Source: Chiloscyllium plagiosum (lineage: Eukaryota). Taken from it: DNA of 54,667 bases. Positions 23,228-37,364 of the stretch are shown piece by piece (position 1 is the first letter of the stretch; every line of letters starts with the position of its first letter). The stretch covers positions 7,550,443 through 7,605,109 of the forward strand of contig NC_057756.1 in assembly GCF_004010195.1 (NCBI RefSeq). Direction: 5' to 3'. The translations under genes were made by a program, and so were the position numbers. The notes beneath the pieces were generated by a model. That model made no database searches and had not been told where the DNA came from. It worked only from the letters and a program-made list of their open reading frames with translations.

Positions 23228-24499
23228 GTGTTCAAACCTGGGTCCAGAGTACATTACCAAGGTCTCTGCACTAATAGTCCAGTGGTAATCCCACTCAGCC
23301 ATTCCCTTTCCTGAGTAGAACTTTGAAAGTTGCATCAATCCGTGCAATGGCATACCATGCCACCGTGCTTATATTTTGCTTAAAGTATTTGCCACTTGAA
23401 TTCACTGTAGGTCAGTTAGCACTGCGATCATCGGATATGCATTATCAGGATTGTTGTAAGTATTAATTGGGACTCAATAATACGGGAATCCCTGTGAGCA
23501 GTAGATTGCAGAGATCAGAGACTCATAGAGTTATACACCACAGAAACACAGCCTCAGGACAAATCCGATATTAAGACGGTAAGACAGTCCAGTCAGAGCT
23601 CCTGTCTCTCCAGTTCCTTTTCCTTTTCCTTTCATTTCTCTTCTCCTCTTTGCAAAATTTTTTTTCTTCCTCCCTCCCCGAAACTATTAACTGCCCCAAC
23701 CTGGGGAATGTAGACGAGTCGTCAACGGAGACAGGGCGTGAGCTGAGCACACGGGCTGTACCCCAAAGCAGCAGCAGAGTGAGCAGGGGCCGAGATAGGG
23801 ACTGAATCTCGGGGTTATGGCAGTAGGGAAATTCCGTGTCCTGGAATGGCATGTGGGGAATCCCACGTTCTGGAGCAGCACGAGGTGAAGCATAACTGAA
23901 CTTGTTGCTGCTGAGTGCCGGTGAGGGAATGGTCTGGACGCTGGAGGGATGGGGGACACTTGTTGGACTTGGGCCCTGGTACCATGTGCTGAGCTGCTGC
24001 TGTTGTAATTCTTTACCAGACTGGAATGTAAATAACTACCTCTTTCCTATCCCATTCTCAGACACTGTCAGTAATGTTACTGCTTTCCTCATGATCCTCT
24101 TTTGCATAACAGCATTATATTTTTATTAACTCTGTAAGATTTGTACTTGGACCGAAGGTGGTGCCATTAAAAGGCAGCCATTGTAAACACTTCCCACTGT
24201 ACTCCTGTACTTCCATACTTCATAAGAAGTGACAACAGAGAATATTCAACATGAACGGTTACATTTAGTCGATGATGGGCAAGGAAATCTTTCTTTGCTT
24301 TATAAATCTAGTTCTCCCCCACCCTTTTTTTTGTTGAACACTTCCGGTTTTTCTTTCAAAGAATAGTTTAGAGGAAGAAGCGCTGATATTTCCTAATCTC
24401 AGGGAGTTCCACGAATGGAAAGCAGTGATAACCATTCACTAACACATCACCAGTACTGAGTACATAATTCCAGTCTTCAACATAACTAATGATTCGAAA

Positions 24500-24971
24500 C
24501 GTAATTTCCAGAAATTTAGACAAATGTGAGGTGCTAAATGTTGGAAAGGCAAATCAGTGCAGGGTTTCTACTCTTAATGGTAGGGTCCTGGGGACCGTTG
24601 CAAAGCAAGGAGGACTTGGAGTGCAGGGCCCTTGAAAGTGGAGTCGCACATAGACAGGGTAGTAAAGAAGGACTTTAGTACACTTGCCTTTATTAGTCAG
24701 TGCATTAAGTATGTGATGTGGCTGTACAGGACATTGGTTTAGCCACTTCTGGAAAACTACCTTCATGTCCGGCCACCCTGCTATAGGAAAGATGCTGCTA
24801 ATCTTGAAAGTGATCAGCACAGATTTACAAGGATGTCGCCGGGGACGGAAAGTATAAGCTATAGGAGACACTGGGCAGGCTGGGGCTGTGTTCCCTGGAG
24901 TATTAAAGGCTGAGGGGCATGGATAGAGTGAATGCTCAACGTCTTCTCCCCAGGGTAAGTGAGTCCAAAAC
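24500..24971 (+). mobile_element. HER1/CR1 LINE fragment in intron 1 (3' end deleted)
   Basis: Homolog of 6845-7590 and 45650-46410. Confidence 0.75.
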
Positions 24972-25264
24972 CAACAGAATGATGTCTGTGAAGCCTGTAC
25001 AATAGACAACAAGAACATATTCAGTTTGATTCTGTACACAACAGTAACGTAGTCAATTGACCATTTTCCATCTCCATTTTGCAGAACTTCATGTTCAACA
25101 CCATATGCCCACACCCTTCGTTCATTGGGCACATCATAACGTGGGATGGAATCGGGGTTAAAATGCTTTTTACATTTTAATATTTTCCTTGACAGCCCTA
25201 ATGCCATCTCAACTCAAATGGAAGGCTACAATTTCTGAACTAATTCGACTTTTCCCTCTTACAG

Positions 25265-26175
25265 TTAATGCACTAGCAATTGTGATTTTATCGCTTGGAA
25301 AATGCGGACTCTCCAAATGCACCACTCATTATCTGGTGGCCATGGCAACAGCAGATCTGATGGTCATCATAACTGACGTCATATTATATCAGCTAAATCA
25401 TTACTTTTACCAGGGGTCATTCCTGCACCTCACGCCTGCATGCATTGTGATTGCCTTCCTGCTTTTAGTGAGTTCGGACTGTTCGGTCTGGTTCACTGTC
25501 ACTTTCTCCGCTGATCGGTTTGTCACCATATGTTGCCGGAAACTGAAACTGAAATATTGCACTGTCAAAGCAGCAGCTGTTATTCTTTCAACAACCTTCA
25601 CTCTATTCGTTCTAAAAAATGCTCCAATTTTTATTACACGGGAACCTATGATTGTGGTTGACAATGTACAGTGGTCCTGTCAAATTAAAGACAGCTATTA
25701 CACTGAACTTGGGTGGGTGGTATATGACTGGGTTGATAAAGTGTTAACACCATTACTCCCATTCAGTTTGGTTTTGCTCTTCAATGCATTGACAGTCAGA
25801 TACGTTTTAGTGGCGAATCGGATCCGTAAAGGATTGAGGAGTCAGAACACGGAAGAGAAGCGCAGTGATCCTGAGATGGAGAGCAGAAGGAAGTCAATGA
25901 TTTTACTGTTCACTATATCGAGTAGCTTTATATTGTTGTGGTCACCCTATGTAATAAATTTCTTATATTATCGAATTGCAGCAATTGATCCCAAATCTTA
26001 CAACGAAAGTTTGCTTGTATTTGAAAGGATTGGATATATGCTGCTGAGCTTGAGTTGCTGCACAAATACGTTTATTTATGGAGTAACTCAATCGAAGTTC
26101 AGGGAGCAGTTCATTAGCGCTGTAAAATATCCAGTGACTGCGATAAACAGAGACATTACTTTTAGAACGAATTGA
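25265..26175 (+). CDS. GPR139/GPR142-like class A GPCR copy 2, coding exon 2 (full protein 325 aa)
   Basis: ttccctcttacag acceptor; open frame; 24 aa differences from copy 1 by manual count; same 7TM motifs. Confidence 0.93.
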
Positions 26176-29100
26176 GGAAAATCTCTAAGGCAGTCCCATA
26201 TGCATGTTTTCCAGAGTGCAGCATTGAGTAGTAAATGTCCATCAAATGATTTGTATCAAACCTGTTAGCTTGTATGAAAATACAAACAGCAGTGTAGGCT
26301 TAACGTTGATTGGGTGGTGTTTTATTTTGGATTGACATAATATTGAGACAAGATTTTTAATCTTCACCTGAATTCAACGTAATGAATAATTTGTTCAAGA
26401 AAACTGCACCATTGCAGCAGCCAAAGACATAAAGGAAAACCCACAAGAAATCGACAGAAAAAACTGAATTAGGGAAATTGCTTTCCATCAAATAGGTAGC
26501 ACCGAATCTAACCATTGGGTCACTACTTAGAGTTGGCAATAAATTGCAAATGAGTCCATTCACATTGTATCTGCCTCATTTCAGTTTGTTTTGGCAAAAA
26601 CTTTCCTCTCATTTCATTTATCGCAGGAATGATATGTTATGGTCCCAAATGATGTTAAAATTGGACAGTTCAGGTTGGAAATAGAAATCAGGATTCCTGG
26701 TTCATCTTTATTTCATTTCTCATTTCACGTGGTAACCTTTCAGAGAAGGATAAGCCTGGAACTCTGCACATTTCGTTTTAACAATGAAAATGGTCATGAT
26801 TAAAGGAATGAAAATAATGAGAAAGTATCTGTGCTCTTCACATGTAAAACGGTTTGACAGTTTTCAAAGTACATGGCAAAAATATCCTGTCATCCAACTT
26901 TACTGTACTCGAATGAGAGTTTCATTCTGTGTAACATCTATAGCTGTGACTGAGCTGCTTCTTTCACTTTCTGTTCTTGGTAGTTTGTTAGTCTTTCCCT
27001 TGTTTATTCACACAAAAGAATATGCTTAGCATCAAAGGACGCTATCTGATTTATAACCAAAGATTTCTGGCTCGGAGATTTCATATTAATACATTTGCAG
27101 TAGGATAACAGTTTCAAACTGTTCTGAATTAACTCCTTTCTGAGGGTTAACCTATAACTATCCTCTTCCAGTCTCTGCAAAATGCCCCAAATGCCTCATT
27201 ACTTCGGTTTTTATTTCACAAGACAATATTTATTCTTCAAACCAAAAGCAAGTCAAAGGTCGCCATTGCTGATCGTAAAACCCCTGCAATACAAATCATC
27301 TCACAATATCTCTCCAGTGTCAACCCGCTTACCTGCTTTCTGACCCATGATGTTTTGAGTTCATTACTCCCAAATGGTTAACACATTACTTATTACCCTT
27401 CATGCATGCAGATTAAAATTCACATCTGAGCAGGTGAAAAACTGAACGCAAAGGTACATTACATTCTCGCAACATAAACCATCCCCCTAATATCATATTC
27501 CTATGTTTGCATAATATTGCCAGAAGTCAAATGACACCAAGTTATAGTCCAACAGGTTTATTTGAAATCACACACATTTGGAGCACTGCTGCTTCACCAG
27601 ATGGAGTGCTGAATGATTTCTGACTTTGTCCACCCCAACCCAACACCAGCACCTCCATCATTGATATTGTTACACTCACGCTTTATTTTCGAAACTTGCA
27701 GATTCTGAATATTATAATAGTAGATGATTTTCTTAATTTGTATTAGCTTTTTTTGGCGCTATTTGCTGAGTTATTTGCTTTTCACATATTCACATGCAAA
27801 CATGCCTCAAGAGGAATAGAACTCTCAGTCTGTTCTAAACTATATAATAAAAAGACACTAATGAGTGCCATAGAATAACTTTCGATGTTTGTAAAATTTT
27901 GTTTAGTTCACTCACATCCTTTGAGGAAGGAAAGGGCTATCCTTACTTGATCTGACCACCATGTGACTCCAGACTGAAAGCAATGTGGTGACTCTTAGCT
28001 GACCGATGTGCAATTACCGATGGGCAATAAATTTTGGCTTCAGTGGCAACACACACATCCAATGAATGAATTAAAATAAAACCAGATGATATTTAGGTCT
28101 CTGGCTGTCATCTTCTGTTTGTGAAATAAAAAATCTTGATTTTAACTGGTGACTGTGGTCTCACATTTCAGGTACAATAAAATCATAGTAGAAAAAAATA
28201 CTGAGTACTTTGAGTCACTTTCCCACTCTCTTCCAAAGTTAATTACTCAAACCTTTCTTGGTTACAAGTCTCTGAGGCAGACCTTTTCTGTTCGCATGCA
28301 GCAACAGGAAAGTGGCTTCCAACTCTGAACCATTGATCTCTCTCCGTAGTCATTGGTTGCTGAACGTCACATGGACAGTCTTGCTATCTTAAAAGTGACC
28401 ATTCCTCTGAATTCTGGACAGTATCTGATATTTCATCGCCATCAAATCCAATTAAGAAAGAATACAAGGGAATTTAAGACGCTCTAATTCCGACTTCAAA
28501 CCGTTTCCATTCACCGTGACCCTTGTACTGCAATGGATCCTACGTCAACTATGGGTCAACTTTGAAACTCACCCTGTTGCTCCCAAATCCCAACATGTCC
28601 TCTGTTCTCCATCATAGTGTCACCTTTTGTATCTCTGCAAGAAGTTCGTTGTCTGACTATTTCATTCCTCCGCATATTGACTGATGTTTTAAAGCCATCC
28701 AGTATTATGAAAGATATAAACATGCATATGCCCTTATGCCTCAGTAGGAGTAGGTCATCTGAAATCTAAAGGCTGCATTGACACTGAATAAGTCCAAGGC
28801 TGATCAGATTATGACTATAATTCCACATTGTAACCTACCACTGATGCATCTCCACAACCTCTTCACCCCGCATCAGATTGCATGTGTCTCGTGAATATTA
28901 TATGACTGTCTCCGCCACACTCTGGTTAGAAAGTTACAAAGATAACTTTCAGCAAGATGATTTTCAGCAAGAACTGAATCTACAACATTGCTGACTCCTC
29001 AATCATTAAAAGTTTATTTCACACAATTCTCTTTTTCAATCTCACTTTTGGGACTATGTTGAAGGTTGAATTTTGATCATCTACCATATTATTTCTGCAT

Positions 29101-29869
29101 AGGGATCAGCGTCACTGTTTTAGGGTGAATCCTACTATGAAATACTTCTGGATTTTCGTAAATCCTAGTTCTTCATAAACATGTTTCTTTTGTGACTGAC
29201 ATATATTATTCTTTAACAATCATTTTGTTTGCATTTCAAGATCATTTTGTGTGCTGACTCCATTTAGTTGCTTTTTCTCTGAATGAAAGTAATCTTATAA
29301 CGATAGTGGGATTGCAGGAGGAAAGCATCCTGTTTGTCTCATTGAGAAAAGTACGCTCTCACTTTCTGATACCACAGCAAAATGTAATTGTTTTATCTTG
29401 TTCTGATTTGGTCAATTGGACACTTTTGCTATGTCAGATTGAGGACAAAGAGCTCAATTAAGCAGCTCACTTTAATGGCGTCTTTTTTCAACAAAACAAC
29501 AGTTATTTGATGAAGAGAGACATGCCGAGTGTAGTGATTGGAGCAAGGTCAACCAAGTGGACCTCAGAGAATAGGAATTCCCTGATAGGAGCTGTTAATC
29601 TGGTCCAATCAGAGAGCCCTGACTGACTGGCATAAACAGAAGTGTCAGAGGCTCTGCTCACACTATGTCGATGGCTCTGAGCTAGCTGGGTCAGTGACAT
29701 GTACAATAATAGGATACTAGCCTTTCTGGAGCTGTGATTGACTGGGGGTATTTGCATATAACATGTACAGTCCCCAGCAGAGAGGAATCATGCTGTGACT
29801 GCCTGTGTGTGAGTCGGTGATGATTCAGTCAAAGTCATAGACAATTAGAAATTGGAGCTCTAATTAAGA

Positions 29870-31080
29870 AATAGAACTTCTTTAAAAAAAGCATTGAAAA
29901 GGTATCTGGGTGCGTGCATGAACTGGAAGGGTTATATGGATATGGACCGAATTCTGGCAAACAGGACTAGATTAATTTAGGATATCTGGTCAGCACATGT
30001 GAGTTGGACCAAAGGGATCTATTTCCGTGCTGTACAAATATGTGACTCTGTGTTTCTAAGTGGCTCATGAGATAATAGATGTGTTGGTGTCAATATTCCA
30101 AAATTCAGAACCAAATGTGGGAAGGTTTGATGATGTTGCAAAGTAGCTGATATAGTCCGTCTATTGAAGAAGGAAAGGGTACGGAAAGCAAGAAATGCAG
30201 GTTAGTTAGCCTTGTGACTGTAATGGAGAAGTTGTTTGATTCAATCCTGAAGGAGAATGTTATTGGAAAAATTGGGAAGAATCAGCCTGATGTTTTGAAA
30301 TGGAGAACATTTTTAGTCAGCTACTCGGAATTCTTTGAAGGAGAGCCCATTGATGTATTGTATTTGGATTTCAGGAGTCGTTTGATAAGATGCTACATGA
30401 AAGATTATTGCAGAATATTGGAGTTGATTCTGCAGGGGATCACATCTCAGATACTGTCTGCGGTTTTGTTCTCCTGAAAGGAAGGATGACAATGCATTGG
30501 AGGTGGTACAAGGAGTGTTCAGTTAATTGATATCTGGGATAGGTGAGTTATCTTATGAAAAATAATTTTGCAATTATTGGAGGTGGGAGTGATTCAACTG
30601 GTGTGTAAAATCCAGGGTGGGCTTTACCAGCTAAATGTGGAAAGGATACTTCTGCTTATATGTCAACACCGAGCTAGGGGATATTGCTTTGTAATTAGAG
30701 GTAGCCTTTGCAGAATAGAGGGGCAATTCTTCTTTGTCTCAGAATGTTGTGTGATCTTGAAATCCTCTGTCTCAGAAGGTGGCAGAAGTGCGATGATTAA
30801 ACATTTTTAAGACAGGCTTGATAGATTGGGCGAGGGAGTTAAAGATTCTTAGGATCAGGTGAAAAATATGGAATTCAGAACACAGAAAAATTCACCATGA
30901 TCTTAGATTATTTCCTTATCAATCTATTTTGAAATGTTACTACACTCTTCTGGAGCAGGCAGAACTTGAACCCAGGTCTTCAGGCTCAGAGATAGGGACA
31001 ATACTAACACTCCACGTGAATACTACCTCATGATCTTATTCAATGGTGGGGGTGAAGTGGCTAAATGGCCTACTTCAGTT
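29870..31080 (+). mobile_element. Fragmented old CR1 LINE pieces (unit 2)
   Basis: EFFEGEPIDVLYLDF; homolog of 13095-14310. Confidence 0.65.
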
Positions 31081-31769
31081 CCTAAGTAGTCTGTTCAGCT
31101 CAGTCAGTTGTATGTAATTCACTTATTTACATGTTTTCAACCAGTTGGTGCTAATGCAGCCATGGTGGCCATTGTACCCACAATTCCCCTGGGCTGAAAA
31201 AGGCCCTATTTCTCAAAATTTGAAAATTGCACTAAGAAAAAAGCTCTTTGCTTACAAACAGTTCCTCAGCTTGACTCAAATCACAGGTTTTATGGGTTTT
31301 TTTTTCACAGAAACCAATCAGCGAGTCCTCCTCTTCCATCAATTGTGATCGATAAACCAAAGTTGCATCCGTTTGTCAACTGTTGATGGTGATTCAGATG
31401 GATGTCAGAGGTGGTCCATGACATAACACCAATATGGCTGCCACCTGATGGGATAGACCCAATTTCATCAACAAGCAGGGAGGTCAGAAGAGCAAGAGAT
31501 GACCGCCTGTCATATCTATTTTAAGTATTTTTCCAGTCAACTTCCAAACGACCCTTAGTTTTGAACTCTCACATTAGGGAAAAGACCCTTGTCATGCACC
31601 TTATCTTTGCTTTTTATGATTTTTTTAACCTCTATAAGGTCACCCTTCCACCTCCAACAGTCCAATGAACAAACTCCAAATCTATTCAGCCTCTCATTAT
31701 AACTTCACTTCTGACAACATCCTGGTAAATTTCTTCTGACCTCTGAGTCCAGTATTTAAAAAAAAAAAT

Positions 31770-33150
31770 TGTGGGGACGTTGACGTCCCTGTCTGGGCCA
31801 GCATTTATTTCCCAACCTTAGTTTCCCCTTGAAAAGGTGGTAGTGAGTTAATCTTGTGAACCGCTGCAGTTCACCTGCTGTAGGTAGACCCACAATGCCA
31901 TTAGGGAGGGAATTCGAGGGTTTTTACCCCGTGACAGTGAAGGAACAGCAGTATATTTACAAGTCAAGGTGATGAATGGGTTGGAGGGGAACTAAAAGCA
32001 ACTTTATTCCTATGTATCTGCTGCCCTAGTCCTTCTAGATGGAAGTGGTCGTGGGTTTGAAGGGTGCTGTCCAATGATCTTTGGTGAATTTCTACAGTGC
32101 AGCTTTTTGATGGTACACACTGCTGCTACAGAGCGCCGGTGGGGGAGAGATTGGATGCTTGTGGATGTGGTGTCAATCAAGCAGGGGCTGCTTTGCCTTT
32201 AGAGTGCTGTTGGAGCTGCACCCAGCCAGGCAAGTGGGGAGTATTCCATCACACTCCTGACTTGTGCCTTATAGATGGTGGGCAGACTTTGTGGAGTCAG
32301 GTGGTGAGTTACTCACTCGCTGCAGCATTCTTAACCTCTGACCTGCTCTTGTAGACTGCATTTATATGGTGTGTCCAGCTGAGTTGTTAGTCAACAATAT
32401 CCCTCAGGATGTTGATAGTGGGGAATTCAGTGATGGTAACACCATTGAATGTCAAGGGGCGGTGCTTAGAGTGTCTCTTATTGGAGATGGTCATAGCCTG
32501 GCATTTATGTGGCATAAATATCACTTGCTACTTTTCAGCCCAAGCCTGGATATTGTCCAGATCCTGGTCCATTTGATAATGGACTACTTCTGTGTGTGTG
32601 GAGTGTGAATAGTGCTGAACATTTGTGTAATCATCAGCAAACATGCCCACTCCTAATGTTTTGTTGGAGGAAAGGTCATTGATGAACTAGCTGGAGATGA
32701 TTGGGCCTAGGATAGTGCCCTGAGGTGCTCTGCAGAGATGTCCTAAAGCTTAGACGACTGACCTCCCACAATTACAGCCATCTTCCTGTGTGCCAGCTAT
32801 GACTCTAACCACTGGAGTGTTTGTCCCCTTATAAATGTTGAGTCCAGTTTTGCTCAGGCTCCTTGATGCCACATTCGGTCGAATGCAGCTTTGATCTCAT
32901 GGGCTGCCTCTCCCACCTCCCCTCTGGAATTCATCTCATTTGTCCATGTTTGAACCAAGGCTGTAATGGGGTCAGGAGCTGAGTGGCCCTAACGGAAAAC
33001 AAACTGGGTGTCACTGAGCAAGTTATTGCTGAGCATCTGCTGCTTGAAAGCACAATTTGTGACACCTTCCATCACATTACTGATGCTTGAGTATAGACTG
33101 ATGGAGCAGTAATTGCCTGATTTGGATTTGTCCTGCTTTTTATGTGCAGG
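31770..33150 (-). mobile_element. Non-LTR retrotransposon (CR1/L2 group) RT to 3' end
   Basis: Longer homolog of 14965-15790. Confidence 0.8.
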
Positions 33151-33489
33151 GTGTCCTTACGATAGCAGGTGACAAGAATTTCAATCGTTACTCCAGAAAA
33201 GAGCTCATTCACCACCAATGGGACTTCCATGGTCTTAACCTTTCCTGCCTTTGGCATCTTATGGAATCAAACTGTCATTGATGTCTCATTCTTCTTCACC
33301 CAACCAATTGGATTGTTTCTTACTTTCTGTTCTTTCCAAGTGCCTCACAATTTTCAACAAGCTTATTAATATTCCTCTCTGTTTTCCCAAACAGTTCAAG
33401 TGTCTCCAATTATTTTTTTTAGGAAAAGTTCCTTCACCCTGGAACTATTTGCAATGATCCTGTTTGCAGTCTCCCTCATGCCTTTAGAA

Positions 33490-34010
33490 GGCTAAGGAAA
33501 TTCGGCACGCCCACAATGACTCTTACCACCTTTTATAGATGCACCATAGAAAGCATCCTTTCCAAATGCATCACAGCTTGGTATGACAACTGTTCTGTCT
33601 AACACCACAAGAAATTGCAGAGCGTTGTGAACACAGCCCAGGCCATCACGCAAACCAGCTTTCCTTCCACTGACCCCGTCTACACTGCCCACTGCCTTGG
33701 GAAAGTAGCCAACATAATCAATGACCCTTCCCACCCCAGTTATACTCTCTTTAATCAGGCAGAAGGTACAAATATCTGAAAGCACGTATCAACAGATTCA
33801 AGAACAGCTTCTTCCCAACTGTTATCAGACTTGTGAGTGGATCCTTCATATATTAGAGTTGATCTTTCTCTGCACTTTCTCTGTGATTGTAACACTGTAT
33901 TCTGTATTCTATTCCATTACCCTGATGTACGTATGTGAGGTATGATTTGTCTGGATAGCCAAAAGCAATACTTCTCACTGTATCTCAGTACGTGACCATA
34001 TCAAATCAAG
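33490..34010 (+). mobile_element. Rex1/Babar-like LINE 3' end
   Basis: Encodes LRKFG..FYRCTIESIL..CITAWY..LQSVVNTAQ..NSFFP. Confidence 0.8.
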
Positions 34011-34549
34011 AATTCCCTATCCTTCATTAACTGCTCTCACACCCCCTGTCTTGTTACTGAATTACCAAATTCTTCCTGCACCTATAATCCTTTTGGAATC
34101 ACTTACTTTGATCTGTCTCTCTGTTGTCTTCCAGTCAAATTGAATCACTTCCTATTTCCCCACATTGAATTCCATCTGCTGATTGTGCACTCATTCCATC
34201 ACCCTTCCTATGTCCTTTTGAGGGTTGACACTGTCCTCCTTGAGCATCTGTAGCTCAGTTGGCTGGACAGCTGATTGACTCACACCTTTGGACTGTGGGA
34301 GGAAACTGGTGCACCTGGAGGAAACTCACTCAGATACCGACAGAATGTGCAAACTCCACAAGCCAGCTGCTTGACAGTGGGATGGAACCTTCTATTGCAC
34401 TAAAAAGATTGTAGATTTTCACTTATTTCTTCATTAGTCTGCTTGTGTAATTAAGGTTTTGCACCTCAGTACTTCGTACCTAAGATAGTCTGGTGTGCTT
34501 ATACTGTATACTTTTCACTGCAATTTTGTACCTCTAAATTTAAATCTAA

Positions 34550-37352
34550 AGTGTGACTGGTGATCGCACGCAGTTCTCTGTGGATTTCAGTAGTGCTGAG
34601 GTTGGGAATTAACAATGTAACCATGCAAAAACACCTCCATGCACCTAAATAAGTACACTATTTTGGATATTCAATCGTGAGAGGAAAAGACAGCAGATTC
34701 TGTGCTCACAAGCGAGACTCCCGGATGCTATGTTGTCTCCCGGGTGCCAGGGTCAGGGCTGTCTCAGATCGAGTCCACAGGAATCTTGAGAGGGAGGGAG
34801 GAAGAGCTTCCAGAAGTCAATATACACATCAGTACCAATGACATCACCAGGAAAAGGGATTACAACCTGAAAAGTGATTATAGGGAGTTAGGCGTGAAGC
34901 TACAAGTCAGGGCAAGCAGAGTAGATATCTCAGTATTGCTACCAGTGTCACGTGCTAGTGAGGCTAGGAATAGAGAGCGAGTATATATGAACACGTAGTT
35001 TCATGGCTGGTGTAGGAGGGAAGACTTCAGATATGAGGATCATTGCGATATCTTCTGAGGAAGGTGGAACCTGTGCAAGGAGGACAGATTGCACCTGAAC
35101 AGGAGGGACACCAATATCCTCTCTGCGGGGTTTGAAACGAGATTGGCTAGGGGGTGGGATCCTGAGCTATGGATCAGATGATGGAGTCGGTACTAAACAG
35201 CAGAAAGTCTATGATGAGGGATAGGCACTTAATAGGACAAAGTCAGTATGATGGAATGAAGTGTGTCTATTTCAATGTAAGAAGTATCAGGAATGAGGGT
35301 GATGAACTCAGACCATGGATCATTACTTGAAACTCTGATGTTTTAGCCATTATGTCGACTTGGCTATCACAGAGGCAGGAATGGTTGTTGGATGTACCAG
35401 AGTTTAGATGTTTCAAAAGGAACAGTGGGAGAGGTAAAAGAGGTGGAGGAGTGGCATTGCTAATCAGGGATAGTATCGCAGTTGCAGAAAGGGAGGTCGT
35501 CAATGAGGGTTTGTCCACACAGTCAGTATGGTGCAAGTCAGAAACAAGGAAGGAGCAGTCACTTTATTGGGAGTTTTCACAGGCCCCCACAATAGCAACA
35601 GAGAGACGGAGAAGCAGATAGGGAGACAGAATTTGGAAAGATGCAGAAGTAACAGTGTAGTTGTCATTGGTGACTTAACTTCCCTCATATTGATTGGAAC
35701 CTCCTTAGATCAATTAGTTTGGATGGAACAATTTTTGTCACGTCTGTCCAAGAACCGTTAGGCGTTCTACTCTTATGTGAGGAACAAGGCGATGGCCAAA
35801 GTGAGGGGAGGGCCAATCAGAAATAGTGGAGGGGACTTGTGCCTGGAGTCGGAGGAAGTTGAGGAGATCCATAATGAATACTTTGCTTCAGTATTCATTA
35901 CTGAGAGGGACCTGATGGTTCTGAGGACAGTGCAAAACAGACTGATATGCTAGAGTAGGTTGATCTTAAGAAGAAGGATGTGTTGAAAATTTTGAAAAAC
36001 AAAAGGTAAGTCCTCTGGGCCAGACGGGATTTATCCTTGGTTGATACAGGAAGTAAGAGAAGAGATTGCACTGCCTTTGGCAAAGATCTTTGCGTCCTCT
36101 CTTTTCACTGGAGTAGTGCCAGATGATTGAAGAGTTGCAAATGTTATTCCATTGTTCAAGAAAGGGAACAGGGATAATCCTGGGGATTACAGACCAGTCA
36201 GTCTTACACCTGTGGTTGGCAAAGTATTGGAGAGGATTCTGAGAGACTGGGTATAGGGTATATGATCACTTGGAAAACCATAGCTTGATCAGCGATAGTC
36301 AGCATGGCTTTGTGGAGGGGCAGGTCATGCCTCACAAACGTGATTGAATTCTTTGAGGATGTGACAAAACACATTAGTGAAGGTAGAACAATGGATGTGG
36401 TGTACATGAATTTTAGCAAGGCATTTGATAAAGTTCCCATGATAAGCTCATTCAGAAAATGAGGAGTTATCAGACACAGGGAAATTTGGCTCTCTGGATA
36501 TAGAATTGGCTGGCCCATGGATGACAGAGGGTGGCAGTGGATGGAAAGCTTTCAGCCTGGAGATCATTGACCAGCAATGTTTCACCGGGATTGCTTCTGG
36601 AACCTGTTGTTTGTGATTTTACAAATGACTTGTATGAGGAAGTAGAAGGGTGGATTAGTAAGTTTGCCAATGACACAAAGTTTGGTGAAGTTCTGGAGAG
36701 TGTGGAGGGCTGTTGTAGTTTGCAATGAGACATTGAGAGGATGTAGAGCTGGGCTGACAAGTGGTAGATAGAGTTCAACCTGGAAAAGTTTGAAGTGATT
36801 CACTTTGGAAGTTTGATTTCAAATGCAGAATACCGTGTGGTTATGCTACAGATCTATAGCGGCCTGGTTAGACCACACTTGGAATATTGTATTCAATTCT
36901 GTTCATCACATTAAACAAAAGCATTTGGATTGGATTGGAGAGCATGTCTTATGAAGTACAGTTGAGGTAGTTAGTCCTTTTCTCATTGAAGGGAAGAAGG
37001 GTGAGAGGTGACTTGATAGATGTGTACAAGATTTTGAGATGCATACATAGAGTGGATATCCAGGGACTTTTCTCCCTTGGCAGAAATTGCTATCATGAGG
37101 GGGCATAATTCTAAGCTGTTTGAAGGAAGGTTTAGGTGAGATGTCAAAGGTAGGTTCTTTACATAGAGAGTGATGGATGAGTGGAATGCACTGCCAGCAG
37201 TGGCACTAGACACAGATATATATTTGGGACATTTAAGCAACTCTTGGAACGTAGTTGAATGAAGGGTATGTAGGTCTGATCTTAGAGTGGGCCAAAAGGC
37301 TGGCACAACATCGTTGGGCAATGGGCCTGTACTGTGTCCTACTGTTCTATGT
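34550..37352 (+). mobile_element. Long degenerate CR1/HER1 LINE: ORF1 SGNH-esterase remnant, APE endonuclease, RT, 3' UTR
   Basis: HISTNDI..LKSDYRELG..ISVLLPV (ORF1); KCVYFNVRSIRN and KRGGGVALLIRD (endonuclease); DWRVANVIPLFKKG..YRPVSLT and KFANDTK (RT). Confidence 0.9.
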
Positions 37353-37364
37353 TCCATCTTCTTA

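Larger units (their letters stand above)
22791..23305 (-). mobile_element. tRNA-derived SINE in intron 1, interrupted by a Penelope-like insert
   Basis: Homolog of 5361-5695. Confidence 0.6.

Noticed and set aside
24554..25207. 217-aa minus-strand ORF
   Set aside because: Runs across an antisense LINE fragment and a copy-specific deletion junction; not conserved in the other units
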